DNA of 64,000 bases, from assembly GCA_028534125.1 (NCBI GenBank), contig CM052818.1:33544001-33608000 (forward strand). The letters run 5' to 3'. Within the stretch, counting starts at the first letter, position 1. Each line of letters starts with the position of its first letter. The translations under genes were made by a program, and so were the position numbers. This DNA comes from Lama glama. Its lineage: Eukaryota. This document shows positions 37,260 to 50,059 of this stretch, piece by piece. The notes under the pieces are model-generated. The model was given only the letters and a program-made list of their open reading frames with translations. It did not search any database and was not told where the DNA came from.

Positions 37260-39965
37260 TAAAAGTCAGCTTTATTGAGACATAATTTTCATATATAATA
37301 AGATTTCATCCATTTTAAGTGTATGCTTCAATGAGTTTTGACAAATGTATACAGTCATTTAACCACCACCACAATCATAATATAGAACTTTATCATCCCA
37401 GGAAGTTCTCTATGCAGTTTCTTTACTGTTGATATTCGCCAGCCCCTGGCCTGCTTTCCATCTCAATCCTTTTGCCTTTTCTAGAATTTCATATAAATGA
37501 AATCATACAATATGTAATGTGGCCTTTTGTCTGGCTACTTTCACCTAGCATAATACTTTTGAGATTCATCCGTGTTGTTGTATCAGCAGTTGATTTCTTT
37601 TTATTGCTAATTAGCATTCTATTATATGGCTATACCACAGTTTCTTTGCCCTTTCATCAGTTCAAGGACATTTGGATTGTTTCCAATTTGGAGCAATTAT
37701 AAATAATGCTGGTATAAATATGCACATGTAAGTCTTTACGTGGATATATGTTTTCATTTCTCTTGGATAAATACCTAAGAGTAGAACTGCTAGGTTATAA
37801 ATGTATGTTGAATGTTATAAGAAACTGCCAAACTATTTTCCAACATGTCTGTACCATTTTGCATTCCCACAAATGATGTATGAGTTCCAGTTGTTCCACA
37901 CTTACTCCAGAAGTCAGTATTTTCAGTCTTTTTCATCTTAGCCTTTCTATTGGGTCTGTAGTATACTCATTGTTTTAAATTTGCATTTCCCTAGTGTCTA
38001 ATAATGTTGAGATTCTTCTTATATACTTATTTGATGTCTATGTATCTTCTTTGATGTCTCTGTTCAAATTTTTCCCCATTTTTATTAGATTGTTTGTCTT
38101 ATTGGGTTTTTATTATTGAGTCATAAGAGTCCATTATCAGATATATGTTCTTCAAATATTTTCTCCCAGTCTGTGGCTTGTCTCTTGATACTCCTTTGAA
38201 GGGCAAAAGTTTTAATTTTGTTAAAGTCCAATTTACCAGTTTTTAAAATATTTCATTCATGTTTTTGGTGCCCTAAGAAATCTCCCTAACACAAGGTTTT
38301 GGATTTCCTCCTATATTTTCTTCAAGATGTTTTGTTGTTTTAACTCTTACATTTAGGTCTCTGAGCCATTTGAAGTTAGTTTTTGAGTATGGTGTGAGGT
38401 AAGGGTTCATGCTTTTGCATATGGATACCCATTTGTTCTAGCACCATTTGTTGAAGACTATCCTTTCATCTGTTGAAATTACCTTGTTAAAAATAGACTG
38501 CCCACATATCTGTGGGTCTATTTCTATACTCTCTTTTCTGTTCAAATGATCTACATGTTTACCTTTGTATCAATATCTGTCTGATTACTATAACTTGTGA
38601 TAAGTCTTGATATCAGATAGTTTACATCCTCCAACTTCGTTCTTCTTTTCAGATTGTTGTCTATTCTAGGTCCTTTGTACTTCCACATAAATTTTACACT
38701 CAGCTTGCCAATTTCTAAAAATTTCCATCTAGGATTCTTACTGGAATTGCATTGACTCTATAGGTCAGGTTAGGGAGAATTGGCATCATATTTTCTATAG
38801 TATTGCTTTGATAATTTTAATTTCTTACTGTTCATTGCTGGTATATAGGAATAAAATTGATTTTTAATACTGGCCTTGTATCCTATTACCTTGCTAAACC
38901 TACTATTCCTAGTAGTTTAGCTAGATTTCTTAGGATTTTCTACAAAGATGATCAAGCCATCTACAAAGAAGGAGTTTTACTTCTTCCTTTCAAATCTGTA
39001 TACCTTTTCTTTCTTTTTCCTGTCTTATCACACTGGCAAGACAATCCAGTATGATGTTGAATAGAAGTATTGAGACTAAATCCTTGATTTATTTCCAATA
39101 TGAGGGGGAAAGCATTCAGTCTTTCTCATTAAGTATGATGTTAACTGTAGATTTTTCATATTCTTTGTCAAGAAGATCAAGTTATACCTCTGTTCCAAAT
39201 TGACTGAATTTTTATTATGAATGGATATAGAATTTTGTCAGATGCTGTTTCTGCTTCTACTGGAATTATCATGAGGTTTTTGATGTATTGAACAACATTT
39301 TTTCAGTTATATTTAGGGTTTTTTAATTGAATTATAGTTGATTTACAATGTGTTAGTTTCAAGTGTACAGCAAAGTGATTTAGTTATTATGGGGGTGTGT
39401 GTGTGTGTATATATATATCCTTTTTCATATTATTTTCCATTATAGGTTACTACAAGATATTGAATATAGTCCCTTGTGCTATGCAGTAGGTCCTTGTTGG
39501 TTATCTATTTTATATATATTAGTGTGTATATGTTAATTCCAAACTCCTACTTTATCTCTCCCCCCTTCCCCCCTGGTAATAAGTTTGTTTTTTATGTCTG
39601 TGAATCTATTTCTGTTTTGCAAATAAGTTCATTTGTATCTTTTTTTTTAGATTCCACATATAAGCAAACGACCAATCTTGCATTCCTGGAATAGACCCTA
39701 CTTGGTCATGATATATATATAATTTGCTAAAATTTTTTAAGGTTTTGGCATTTATATTCATGAGAGATCCTAATTTTTTTTTCCTTCTAATGTCATTGTC
39801 TAGTTTTGGTATCACAGAAATAAATGCTGACCTTATAAAATGATTTGGGAAGTGTTCCCTTGACTCTTCTATTTTCTGAAAGAATTTGTGTAGAATTAGT
39901 TTTATTTCTTACTTAAACATTTGCTAGAATTCTCCAGTGAAGTCATATAGCCTGGAGTTTTCTTT
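37260..39965 (-). mobile_element. Old L1 (about 2.7 kb, degraded ORF2 plus 3' UTR), interrupted by a younger L1 3' piece
   Basis: cagctttattgaga.., gaaactgccaaactattttcc.., atattttctcccagtctgtggcttg.., ggaaagcattcagtcttt.., ccagtgaagtcat. Confidence 0.88.
39318..39666 (-). mobile_element. Younger L1 3' UTR fragment nested in the older L1
   Basis: ttttttaattgaattatagttgatttacaat..gtgtacagcaaagtgatt..cagtaggtccttgttg..agattccacatataag. The host L1 appears to resume at ccaatcttgcattcctgg. Confidence 0.82.
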
Positions 39966-41528
39966 ATGGAAAAACCCCTTATTTTTAATACAGGAAGGAC
40001 TTGCCTTTGCTGTCTCTATCAACACAATGTGTAGCACTGAGAATGAATGTAAATTAAGTTGTGAAAATCACTATTGCCAAAATAAAGCTCCTAGCCACAT
40101 AGTTCTATCAAGAACTGTTCCCCTGGCTTTAGCTATAGTGGGAAACGATTTAAGTCGTTTCAATAATCTTTTCAGATACAGGTACAATAATTTTAAACTT
40201 TCTTAAAAAATCTTGTCTGTAGTCAAATATCCCACTAGTCAATAGGAGTATGTAAAACAAATTTTATCAATCTGATAGGTAAAAAAGATTATTTTAATTT
40301 GCATTTTCTTTGCTAATAATTTAGCTTCTTTTCATGTTTACTGGCAATTTACATTTCCCTTTCTGAAATTACAGACCTATATCTTCTGTCCATTTTTATC
40401 CTGGATTTGTCTTTTTCCCAGCAATTTGGAGGTGTTATTTGAGATTAGAAATGTACCATATGTATTACAAGAATTTTCACCAAATTTGTGCTTTTTCATT
40501 TGACTTTATTTACAGTGTCTTTGGAGATACATTTTTTTAATTTTTAAAAATTAAAATCTGTTTACTTTCATTATGTCTTTTGGGTTTACTGGCTTCCTTA
40601 CCTGGGAATGTTCAGATATTCATCTAAATTTTCATACTATGTCACTGTTTCATTTATTACATTCAAGCCTTGAATCTACCTGGAATTTAATTTTACATAT
40701 GATGTAAGGAAGAATCAAGATTTGGAATCTTAGAGTTTCCCGTAACTCTTCATATCTTGTAGTATTTTCCATGTTTTCATAAGACACCCTCCATCCAGCT
40801 CATAATTTCTCCAGCTTCGATCTTTCTCTTGTCACATTGCTATGCTGCAAACTGAGGGAGGGCCTGTCTGTCTCTCTCTCCATTGTTTCCATCAGGAAAG
40901 ACTGATAAACAACAGCAAGGCATCTTGCATAGTGCCTGAGACATTTTAGGTATTCAGAAAGGATTTATGGGAGGAAGGAAAGTGCTGAATTCACACCTCC
41001 GTTACTATGACTTCTTGGCAAGTTTAATACTGACTGCCTATCTGTGTAAACAAGGGGAAATGTCATTCTCCTTAAAGCCATTCACTGTCTCATGAACTCA
41101 CTCTGTTCCTTCCTCCTCCTGTATCTTTGTTCTTTGAGGCCTTCCTTCTCTCTATAAATCTGTCATTTCACAACAACTCCCCTTAGGGAGGCTTTCTTCA
41201 AACACTTCCTTAAAATTCAACAGTATTTATGAATTCTGCCACACTATTTAGCATTTAATCCACAATGGATTTTACTGCTTTTCTAGTGCCCATCACTGTG
41301 CTGGGCACATAGCTCATTAAATACTTAAACAGCAACTGACACAATCTTGCACACCCAGGCTCTTTCTAATGGCCGAAATATAGCCTCAAGATTTGTTCTG
41401 AAAGCTCTTGGGACTAAGGAAGCAACAAACTGGAAAAAAACTGAAAAATGACCCTGAAAGCTGTTAAATGCCAGAAAGATTTTTCAAGTGAAACTGTGTC
41501 ATCACATTTATTTTAAATACATTTGTTT

Positions 41529-41706
41529 AACAAGGACCTACTGTACAGCACAGGGAACTATATTCAATTTCTTGTAACAACATATGATGCAAAAGAATAT
41601 GAAAAGAAAAAATGTATATATATATATTTATGTATATATATATAACTGAATCACTTTGCTGTACACTTGAAACTAACATTGTAAATCATTTACACTTCAA
41701 TAAAAA
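41529..41706 (+). mobile_element. Short younger L1 3' UTR fragment with a (TA)n tract
   Basis: aacaaggacctactgtacagcacagggaactatattcaat...aactgaatcactttgctgtacac...cttcaataaaaa. Confidence 0.85.
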
Positions 41707-41934
41707 ATTTATTTTAAAAGTTCATTTGTTAGATGAGCACATGACCAGGCGCTGCTCTACCTGAAGGCAGAGGGCAACAGACTTTCTTTGGTTGGTTTCT
41801 ATTTCCATGGGTCCCTATATGGCCTTCACCAATTGAGACCTTTGGAGATTCAGGGAAAATGGAAGTGAGCCTTATATGACCCTACATTGAGTTTGAAAAT
41901 AAAATCTGAATGGCTCTCAACACTTTCTGCATGA

Positions 41935-42870
41935 CTTTTTAATGGAGAAACAGCTAATCCTAGGGCTAGGGCAAAGAATATACAGTATGAGCCTGGAGCA
42001 TCTTATGTCAGAAAATAAGAAAGCACTCAAAAAACAAAATGATGGGAGTATGTCAAAGGACACCAGAGCCAACTAAAAGAACTCCCAATGGCCAAAGCTG
42101 GAACAACTTGAGCAACAAAATAATGTAGTACTGGATTATAGCCCAAGGAATAAAATAAATATCCCTCAGTTCATACTGATATAAATAAGCAATTGAATAA
42201 ATAAATGAGAGAAGAAACAAATCTCCCATAGAGAATTCCAAATAATTTATGGAGCTACTCCACCCACAGGGAGGTAAAGTATAACTCCCCACCCCTTAAG
42301 TGTGGACAACACTTAGTGATTTGCTTCCAAAGAGTACAGAATGAAGAGGGATGAAAGTAACTTTCCAGTGGAGAAACCTGGCAAAGACCACCTTAGCCAA
42401 GTGATCAAGATTAACATCAGTGATGTGTGGACAGTCTACCCTTGATATGATGAGAATGACACTTCACCTCTGTGGTTTTCCTCCCAAAAACCATTAACCA
42501 CAGTCTAATCACGAGAAAAACAGACAAACCCCAATTGAGATACATTCTACAAAATACTTTGACTAGTCCTCAAAATTATCAAGATCATCAAAAACAAAGC
42601 ATGTCTAAGAAACTGTACAGCCTACAGGAGCTAAAGAAATATGACAACTAATTGTAATCCAGGTACCCTGGATGAGATCTTGGAACAGAAAAAAAGACAC
42701 CAAGCAAACTAGTGAAACATGAATAGAGTATGGAGTTCAATTAATGCTATTACTTAGTTGTGACAAATGTACCACAGTAATGTAAGATGTTTACAGAACT
42801 GGGGTGGGTATATGAAACTCTACTATCCTCGTATCTTTTCTGTAAATTTAAAACTATTCTAAAATAAAAA
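41935..42870 (+). mobile_element. Old L1 (L1MC/MD-like) 3' UTR ending about 80 nt before the last RBKS exon
   Basis: atgagcctggagcatctt.., ccaaagctggaacaa.., gtggagaaacctggcaaa.., ttctgtaaatttaaaactattctaaaataaaaag. Confidence 0.8.
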
Positions 42871-42945
42871 GTGTACTGAAATATTCTGAAAATACAGTTT
42901 GGGCAACAGATGACTACATGCTTATCTCTACAACTGTGCTTTTAA

Positions 42946-43125
<180 letters not shown>

Positions 43126-43141
43126 TTGCTATTAACTCCAA

Positions 43142-43163
43142 AATAAATATACCTGGAAATAAA
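43142..43163 (+). terminator. RBKS: Two AATAAA polyadenylation signals of RBKS (43142-43147, 43158-43163), implying a very short 3' UTR
   Basis: Canonical hexamers starting 17 and 33 nt after the stop codon. Confidence 0.75.
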
Positions 43164-44804
43164 ATGTACTTGAGGATGGCCACTCTTAACTAGCAGCTTA
43201 CTATAAAATGTCAGCCTCTTTCTTTGCAAATAGTATGTTCACTTATTAAGTCATCCTCAAGCTTTCATTTCTTTCTTTATAGATGACTTCTTTGCTTTTC
43301 ATCCAAAAGTCAACGAGACAGAATTAAGGATTCCACGATGAAGACCTATACAAACACTACCGCTATTCAGGAACCAGCACACTCCATTGCCAACACATCA
43401 TGAATACAATATGTACACCATACAGCAGAGGTTGCGAACAGTGCCTAGAGCCAGAGCAGAGAATGTTAAATAAGGGAAGGGAGCATATGAATTGGTCCAC
43501 TCGAGCAGTTTCTAAGAGGGGCAACTGATACTCAGCTTTGCCTTTAGTGTTGTCAAAGCTTCTGGTTTTGCAGGAGAAGCCAGAAGTTTGGATGTTTATT
43601 GACATTTTTCAATGTTTTAAGTATCAACAACTGATTTTTTTTTTAATTGTAAACACCACCTGTGGGCTACTTTCAGCCCACATGCTGAACAGACAAGTCA
43701 TTTGCTAAGCCAGATTTTAAGGTTTAAAAAAGAAAAAGGGGATTCATGCACATCACAGAACCTTTATATTGGGCTTAGATAGATTAGATGAAGGATTTTT
43801 CTTGTAAACCAAGACCTTAATGTATAGTTTGAATCTAAAAATAGCCAAGATCTCACCTACTATTGCTTTGAACCAGAGCTTTAACAAAAGACGCCAGAAA
43901 ATAGCTGACTGACTATAATGCCACAAGCCTCTAATATTCAACGGGCGTCTAATTCCATTTCCAGAGAGCTGCCCTCACATTTCTTCCCGGGACACAGATC
44001 GGGGCCATGGGGAAGGAACACCTGTTATTTTGGAACAGCGTTGGTTTCTTAATGCTCGTGGTCATGATAGACACTCTATCCTTCTCCTCATAAATGCTTT
44101 AAATGTGGTAGGATATGAACCAGCAGAGCTCACCATAGGAGCTGATCCTTCTTACCTCCAGCCAGAAATCTGACAAGTGAAGGAGAAAAATGGGCAATTT
44201 TGAAAATTTGTGGGAAACAACAGCTTGAGTGAGAAAGTGTATAGACCTGGATAGAGCAGGAGTCCTTACCTGAACATGAGGGATTATCACTGGAATTGCC
44301 AAGCTGGTCAGCTGTGTGGTGCTGCCACGCCCCAGAAGCCCTCAGCCACTAGTTTTATGAAAATACACTATAATGCCTCTTATTCAAACAAACCAACGTA
44401 GGAGTTAAAGGAGTCCAAAGATGTCCCACAAAACCCTACATACTGTCTTCGGTGAACCAAGTTTGAGAATATGGACCAATGGCATGTTCTCTAATTATAA
44501 GCACACATCAAAAATAGACGTTCTCTTGGTTTCTTTTGTGTTACGAGGCTGGCTCCTTTCTTATCATTCCTGCTCACCTTTGCCACCTCTGTTATTGAAT
44601 GGGAGTTTTTTCAAGATCACTCTGGACTGTGACTTTGCCTTTTCTATGAAGAATAAGGAGGAGCCGACTGGAAACTCTTGGACAAATTTCATTATGGAAA
44701 ATTTTCTTTTACTATATGAAACAATGGTTATTTTTTAGTAACGTGGTTTTTCTCATTTCAACTGGTAGGGGAAAATATCACTAAGAGACAATAGCACAGG
44801 CTAT

Positions 44805-44820
44805 TTTAATATTTTTTATT
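44805..44820 (-). terminator. MRPL33: MRPL33 polyadenylation signals: AATAAA (44820-44815) and ATTAAA (44810-44805)
   Basis: tttatt and tttaat on +, about 235 nt downstream of the MRPL33 stop on -. Confidence 0.7.
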
Positions 44821-45052
44821 AAGGGCTATAAAAATATCCAGAAGGATAAATAAATGTGATGCAATGATATATGTCCTAATATGAAGAACTTTCTTTCACT
44901 GCATTGTTTTCCTTCACAATGGCCTTCAAATCACAGGAGGCAGTGATTCCGTGCCATTTCCTCTTCTTTTATTACACGCTGCAGAATTTCTGAATCAGTA
45001 TCCCGCCCTCAGTCTTCTCATTTATAAGTCAAATTCATTTTCAATCCATTGT

Positions 45053-45102
45053 TTAGAGAGAGCGTATTTTTTTCTGTTCCACAAAAAGGACTTTTTTTTT
45101 CA
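45053..45102 (-). CDS. MRPL33: MRPL33 exon 4 coding part (50 nt): (V)KKKVLFVEQKKIRSL*
   Basis: Minus-strand acceptor tttttcttctcctacag| at 45103/45102, stop TAA 45055-45053. Phase matches exon 3. Confidence 0.96.
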
Positions 45103-46909
45103 CTGTAGGAGAAGAAAAAAGGGTTGTAGCAGAAAACTGAAAAATATCGTCATCACTTTTTAATAAAAATACATATCAGACCATGAGCCCTCTCCCTTCT
45201 CTTCTTTTACTTTCCTTTGTCATGAGGATGGAGCTGACTTGCAAACTCAGTTCTTCAATCCCAGAGGCCAGAGAAGACTGCAGAAAATGGTAAGGAAAAC
45301 AAGGGGAAAGTCCACCAGCCAATCCATAGCACCCTTGGTACCCCACAAGGTCACATTTCAACCAAAGTGAAATATTCAAATTGAAAAAAGAAAATTACAG
45401 GCAAGAAATGAAAAACAACATCTTTACCCAGTTAATGTCCACTCTTACAGGAGGTAAAGCAAGCACAGGCTGGGAGCGAGACTCCAGAAAAAGCACAGTA
45501 AAAACTGAGTAGACCATGGAAGGAAAGGAAGCCTAGCTGAAAGAGTAAATACACAGTAAACCTTGTACTTTTCACAAATGGTTTCATATACCCAAATATG
45601 GATTTTCTAGTTTGGTAAGAAGAGATTTAGTATCATAACCAAAATCTCATTATTGTATCATAACGGAGTACAGTTCTCTGAAACACCCAAAACCAAAATG
45701 CTAACTGCCTGCATGAAAAATTAGACTAGATGCTAAGCAATAAAGTTTTCATAGTTCCTGCTGTAAAGCACTTCATTAACATCACACATCTCTCTCCCTC
45801 TCTCACTCACACACACAAACACACACACATACCCATAAACCCACCCTACCTGAATTCTTTGCCAAAAAACCAAAAACAGTGCGCCTTGGAAGATCCAGGA
45901 ATCAAAAGACTATGTTATGACACAACAGCAACTCACTTGTCCCTACCATACAAAGAGATTTTAGCAATGTTTTTTGTTATTCTTCTATCATCAATGATGG
46001 ATACTCTGAATATGAGATTCTCAAACTGCCTATGATTAAGAATTAGCTAGGGAGCTTATTTAAATACATTTCTACTTCTTACCTCCACCTCTACCCTAAT
46101 TCTGATTCTTAGATCTAGAGTGAGGCTGGAGGTCTATTATTTTTTAAAACCCTCAGATAATTCTGATGGGCAGCTAAACCTAGTAACTATTAACCAGTCA
46201 ACAGAATTATATCTATAAAATGAATAAAAATAAATATATTTTATTATTTTGTACATATATTAAAAACATACTTCAAATCATCTAATAAGTAGGACTGATG
46301 TTCCCTCAAAGTCCAAGGAGGACTACAGAGCCATTGTAAGATGATAGTGAAGAACCAAAATAGTTTCCCATCAGACAATGTTATTCATTGCAAGAAATAT
46401 TTTCCCCATGTTTTTCTATGTGGAACTAAAAAAAGGATTAAAAAAGGAACTTGTCTCATTGACAACCAATTGGATTATTTAAATGACCCTGGACAGGAGC
46501 AACTGATGAAGATCAGTAAAGCAAAGCTTTATTCATGAAAAATTTTGATTGGCTCACTGCATTCATACCCCTAATTCAAAGAATAAATACTTAAGTTCAC
46601 AGAACTGTGCTAAGAGGAGTCCCTGAGTTAATATCAGTATATTGTGAGGTGCCTGTATGAACATCCAGTAAACCCCAGGACCCTAAAGATCAAAGGGGAC
46701 TGAAATGGTGAGGGAAGCGCCTCACGGAGAGGGTGAAGTTTAGCCTGTGAAGCAGCAGCAGTGTCTGGATGAACTAAAACAAGAAAGGGCATCAGGTGCA
46801 GAGAAATGGCGGCAGCAGGTAAGAATGACAGTGCTGATCACAGGGGAAAGTCCTGATTTTTTTTTTTTAAAGGGAGATTGATTTGACTCCATGTAATAGA
46901 AAGAATAGG

Positions 46910-47050
46910 GGGCCTGGAGTCAGAAAGACTGAGTTCAAGCCTTGGCTCCACCATTTATGCACTGGGAGTCCCTGGGGCAAATTTCTCAGAATACTCCTCT
47001 GTCAGTTTCCTTTCCTGTGCGAGGGCTAACTCCATCTCCCTCACAGGGTT
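46910..47050 (+). mobile_element. MIR fragment
   Basis: ctggagtcagaaagactgagttcaagccttggctccaccattta. Confidence 0.6.
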
Positions 47051-48096
47051 GCCAGACACACAGTGAACACTCAATATGTGTTGAGCTGAAATGACACACT
47101 GCTATCCACAATCATAAACATAAATTAATTTTCTGTCAAAATATTTGCTTCTTAATTCATAGAAGAATGAATCTGTCAAGTTCTTTCCCTACATCTAACC
47201 TAAATCTATTCTGCTTCAATTAAAGTCTTTATTGTCTTGTTTAGTCAGCCAAGGAATTAAAACTGACAAGTTTTCATTTTCCTTATAATAAACTTATTCA
47301 TATATATTTAACAAAGTTTAATAAGCTTATGCCTCAGCCTTTAATCCTTCCTCCTTGGAAATTCGCATCTAGTTTCATATGAGAAAAAAGGAGGTTAAAA
47401 GGACAGAGCTGGTTCTAGCCATACCATGAAGTGCTCAAATACTGGGGAATTTTTCCATGTTTCCTTGCCTGATTTCCTTCATAAAGCAGACAAAGAAAAC
47501 ATTACCCTTAAACTAACCACTCACTCATTGGAGTAAGATATGCTGAAAGAACTGCCAAGCTATTTAGTACCATGGGCAATGGGGCAGGCAGCAAGGCAAA
47601 CATCATCACACAAGGCTGCAGGACACTGAGCAGGTGGGCAGACAGCCAGGCAGGTTCTGCTCTCCTAGAACATTCTCTCCTTCAGAAGAGGCAAAGTTGT
47701 GCTGTCAAGGCTCAGACCATTCCTTAACAGAAAAGTTCTCATCATCTGTTAGAAATTTATATATGAATCTTTTCTTCCACTTTCACCTTACAGTGAGAAC
47801 TGTATGGTTGTACCCTTTCCCAATCTCAAAACTTAAAATCAATCTAACAATAAGTTCCTAATACCTCCCTACTGAGTGAAAATTCCAATACATTTTCACA
47901 CTTAAAATATCACAGAAGGTTATTTGGTCAATATTTATTAATGTTGTACAAGTTGCTAAAAAAAAAAAAAACCTCTAGAGGAGCTAAAATGCTAGAAAAA
48001 CAATTACTTTATTGTAAAGTTCATCACTTTGAGATTTCACTAGGTGATACAAAGAAATCAGAGGGAGAAAAACATCACACCAATCCACTATCATAG

Positions 48097-48453
48097 TGCT
48101 ATGGTCTGAATGTTTGTGTTCCCTGAAATTTATGTCAAAATCCTAACCCCCAAAGATGATGATACTCAGAGGTAGGGCCTTGGAGAGATGCTTTGGTCAT
48201 GAGGGTTGAGCCTTCATGAATGGGATTCATGCTCTTATAAGAGACCCCACAGAGCTGGCTTGCCCTTCCACTGTGTGAGAACACAGCAAAAACCTCTTCC
48301 TATGAACCAGGAAGAGGGCCCTCACCAGAAAGCGACCATGATGGCATCTTGATCTTGGACTTCCCAGGCCCCAAAACTCTGAGAAATATAACTCTTGTTG
48401 TTTATAAGTCATCCAGAATGTGGTACGTTGTTATATCAACCCAGACTAGGACA
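48097..48453 (+). mobile_element. MLT1A-like MaLR solo LTR in MRPL33 intron 3
   Basis: TG...CA ends: tgctatggtctgaatgtttgtg...ggtcatgagggt..atcttggacttccc..ttgtttataagtcatccag..gactaggaca. Confidence 0.88.
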
Positions 48454-49397
48454 TACACCTTATCATTCTAATAATTTTTCCACGATATTAGATACCATCC
48501 TGAAATTCAGACGCCCTAATCACCTGGTTTCAAACCCAGAATTCCCTTCTTATTACAATAAAAAATGACCCAAAATTTTAACAACATAAAAACAGCAGGG
48601 AATTTTACTTCTGTTAAAGAATGGAACTCATGCCAATTTTAAATTGACAACTGGGTTTCTCAGAGCCTTTATTTAAATGCCTCCTTACATTGGTACAGAC
48701 CCTTTTTCTTTAAGGCAATTTTTTTTTCTCTTTTTCTTAGACATTGACGAATGCAGCATAATGAACAGCGATTGTGAGACCTCCTGTACAAACTCTGAAA
48801 ACAGCTATTAATGTAGTTGTCATCCAGATTTGCACTAATGCCCAATTTGAGGTCACTGACCAGTAAGTGGGTTTTGGTCTCCCATGAAATCTCTTAACAA
48901 CAAGTCCCCTCGTAGAGTGATTCAGAGCTTTGGAGTCAGACAGTCCTGAGTTCAAATCTTTCTTTTGTCACATATTTTAGTTGTGTGTCCTTGATTACGA
49001 TCCCTGGCACCAGATTCCTCATCTATAAAATGGGATTCAGATTGCCTGGAGAGTACAGATGCTCGTGTTATTATGCATTCGTGGTATCTGAAGACATGAA
49101 GACTTGTGTAGGTAAGCAAAGAAGACAGAACTTTCCATTTTGTCTGGTGGGTCACGATTACTAGTTTGTTTCCTTTCTCTCAGGGATCACTGTCTTTTGT
49201 TGCTTCTATCGTCCTTCTGTTGTTGTTGTTTCAAGTGGGAAGGTAAATTCAGTCCCATTGCTCCATCTTGGCCAAAAGTCTATGAGTCCTTCTTTTTAGT
49301 TAATGAAAAGGTTTCTTATGAGGTTAAGTGCCTGTCTTTCATTACATAGTGGATTAATTCTGGAAAATAAGGTTCTAGCACCAATTCCGATTCTGAT

Positions 49398-49565
49398 CAC
49401 CAGCTGGGTACCTTACAATTCAACTCAACTCTGACTCTGTATGCCTGGAGACAGTAACTCGGGAACAGCCAGAAGGAAGAGACGCACAGGGCAAGGTATG
49501 GGGAAGGGGAGCAAAACTTCCATGCCCTCTCTGAGCATGCCATGTTCACCAACCCAAAAGCTCCA
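49398..49565. mobile_element. MER21-like ERVL LTR fragment with internal deletion
   Basis: caccagctgggt..tacaattcaactcaactctgac joined to ggaacagccagaaggaagaga..gggcaaggtatgggg..cttccatgccctct. Confidence 0.65.
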
Positions 49566-50059
49566 GTACAGCCACTATTAAGAAGTAATTACAAAGCTGC
49601 TATTTAGAAGGGCACAAAAATTAAATGAATGGCCTGGAGTTTTAAAATAAATAATCTGTTCACTAGTTTATTTTGCATAAATCTGTCCATGAAATCAAAA
49701 AACAGAAGAGGCTTCCACCAAAAGCAATCAAGTACTAACTCTTGTTTGTTAGCAGGCAATCTGGCCTTAGGAACACTTTACTCTTTTAGACAAATACTTC
49801 TATCTACTGAGAACACTTAAAGTTACCATTTATTATGGCATCATAGCAGATGATACAAAATAGAAAATGAAATTTCCTACCCTCCTGCCCTAATATATAG
49901 ACAACATACTCCTTTTATTCAAATCTGGACCTAATTACTTGCCACTGTTGGCCAGATGACCCCAGGAGAGCATTCCCTCCCTTTCTCAAGACATTCTTCT
50001 CTTTCTGTTTCCAGAACATTACCTATATTTACAGAGCTGGTTTCCAACCTTAAAATCTT

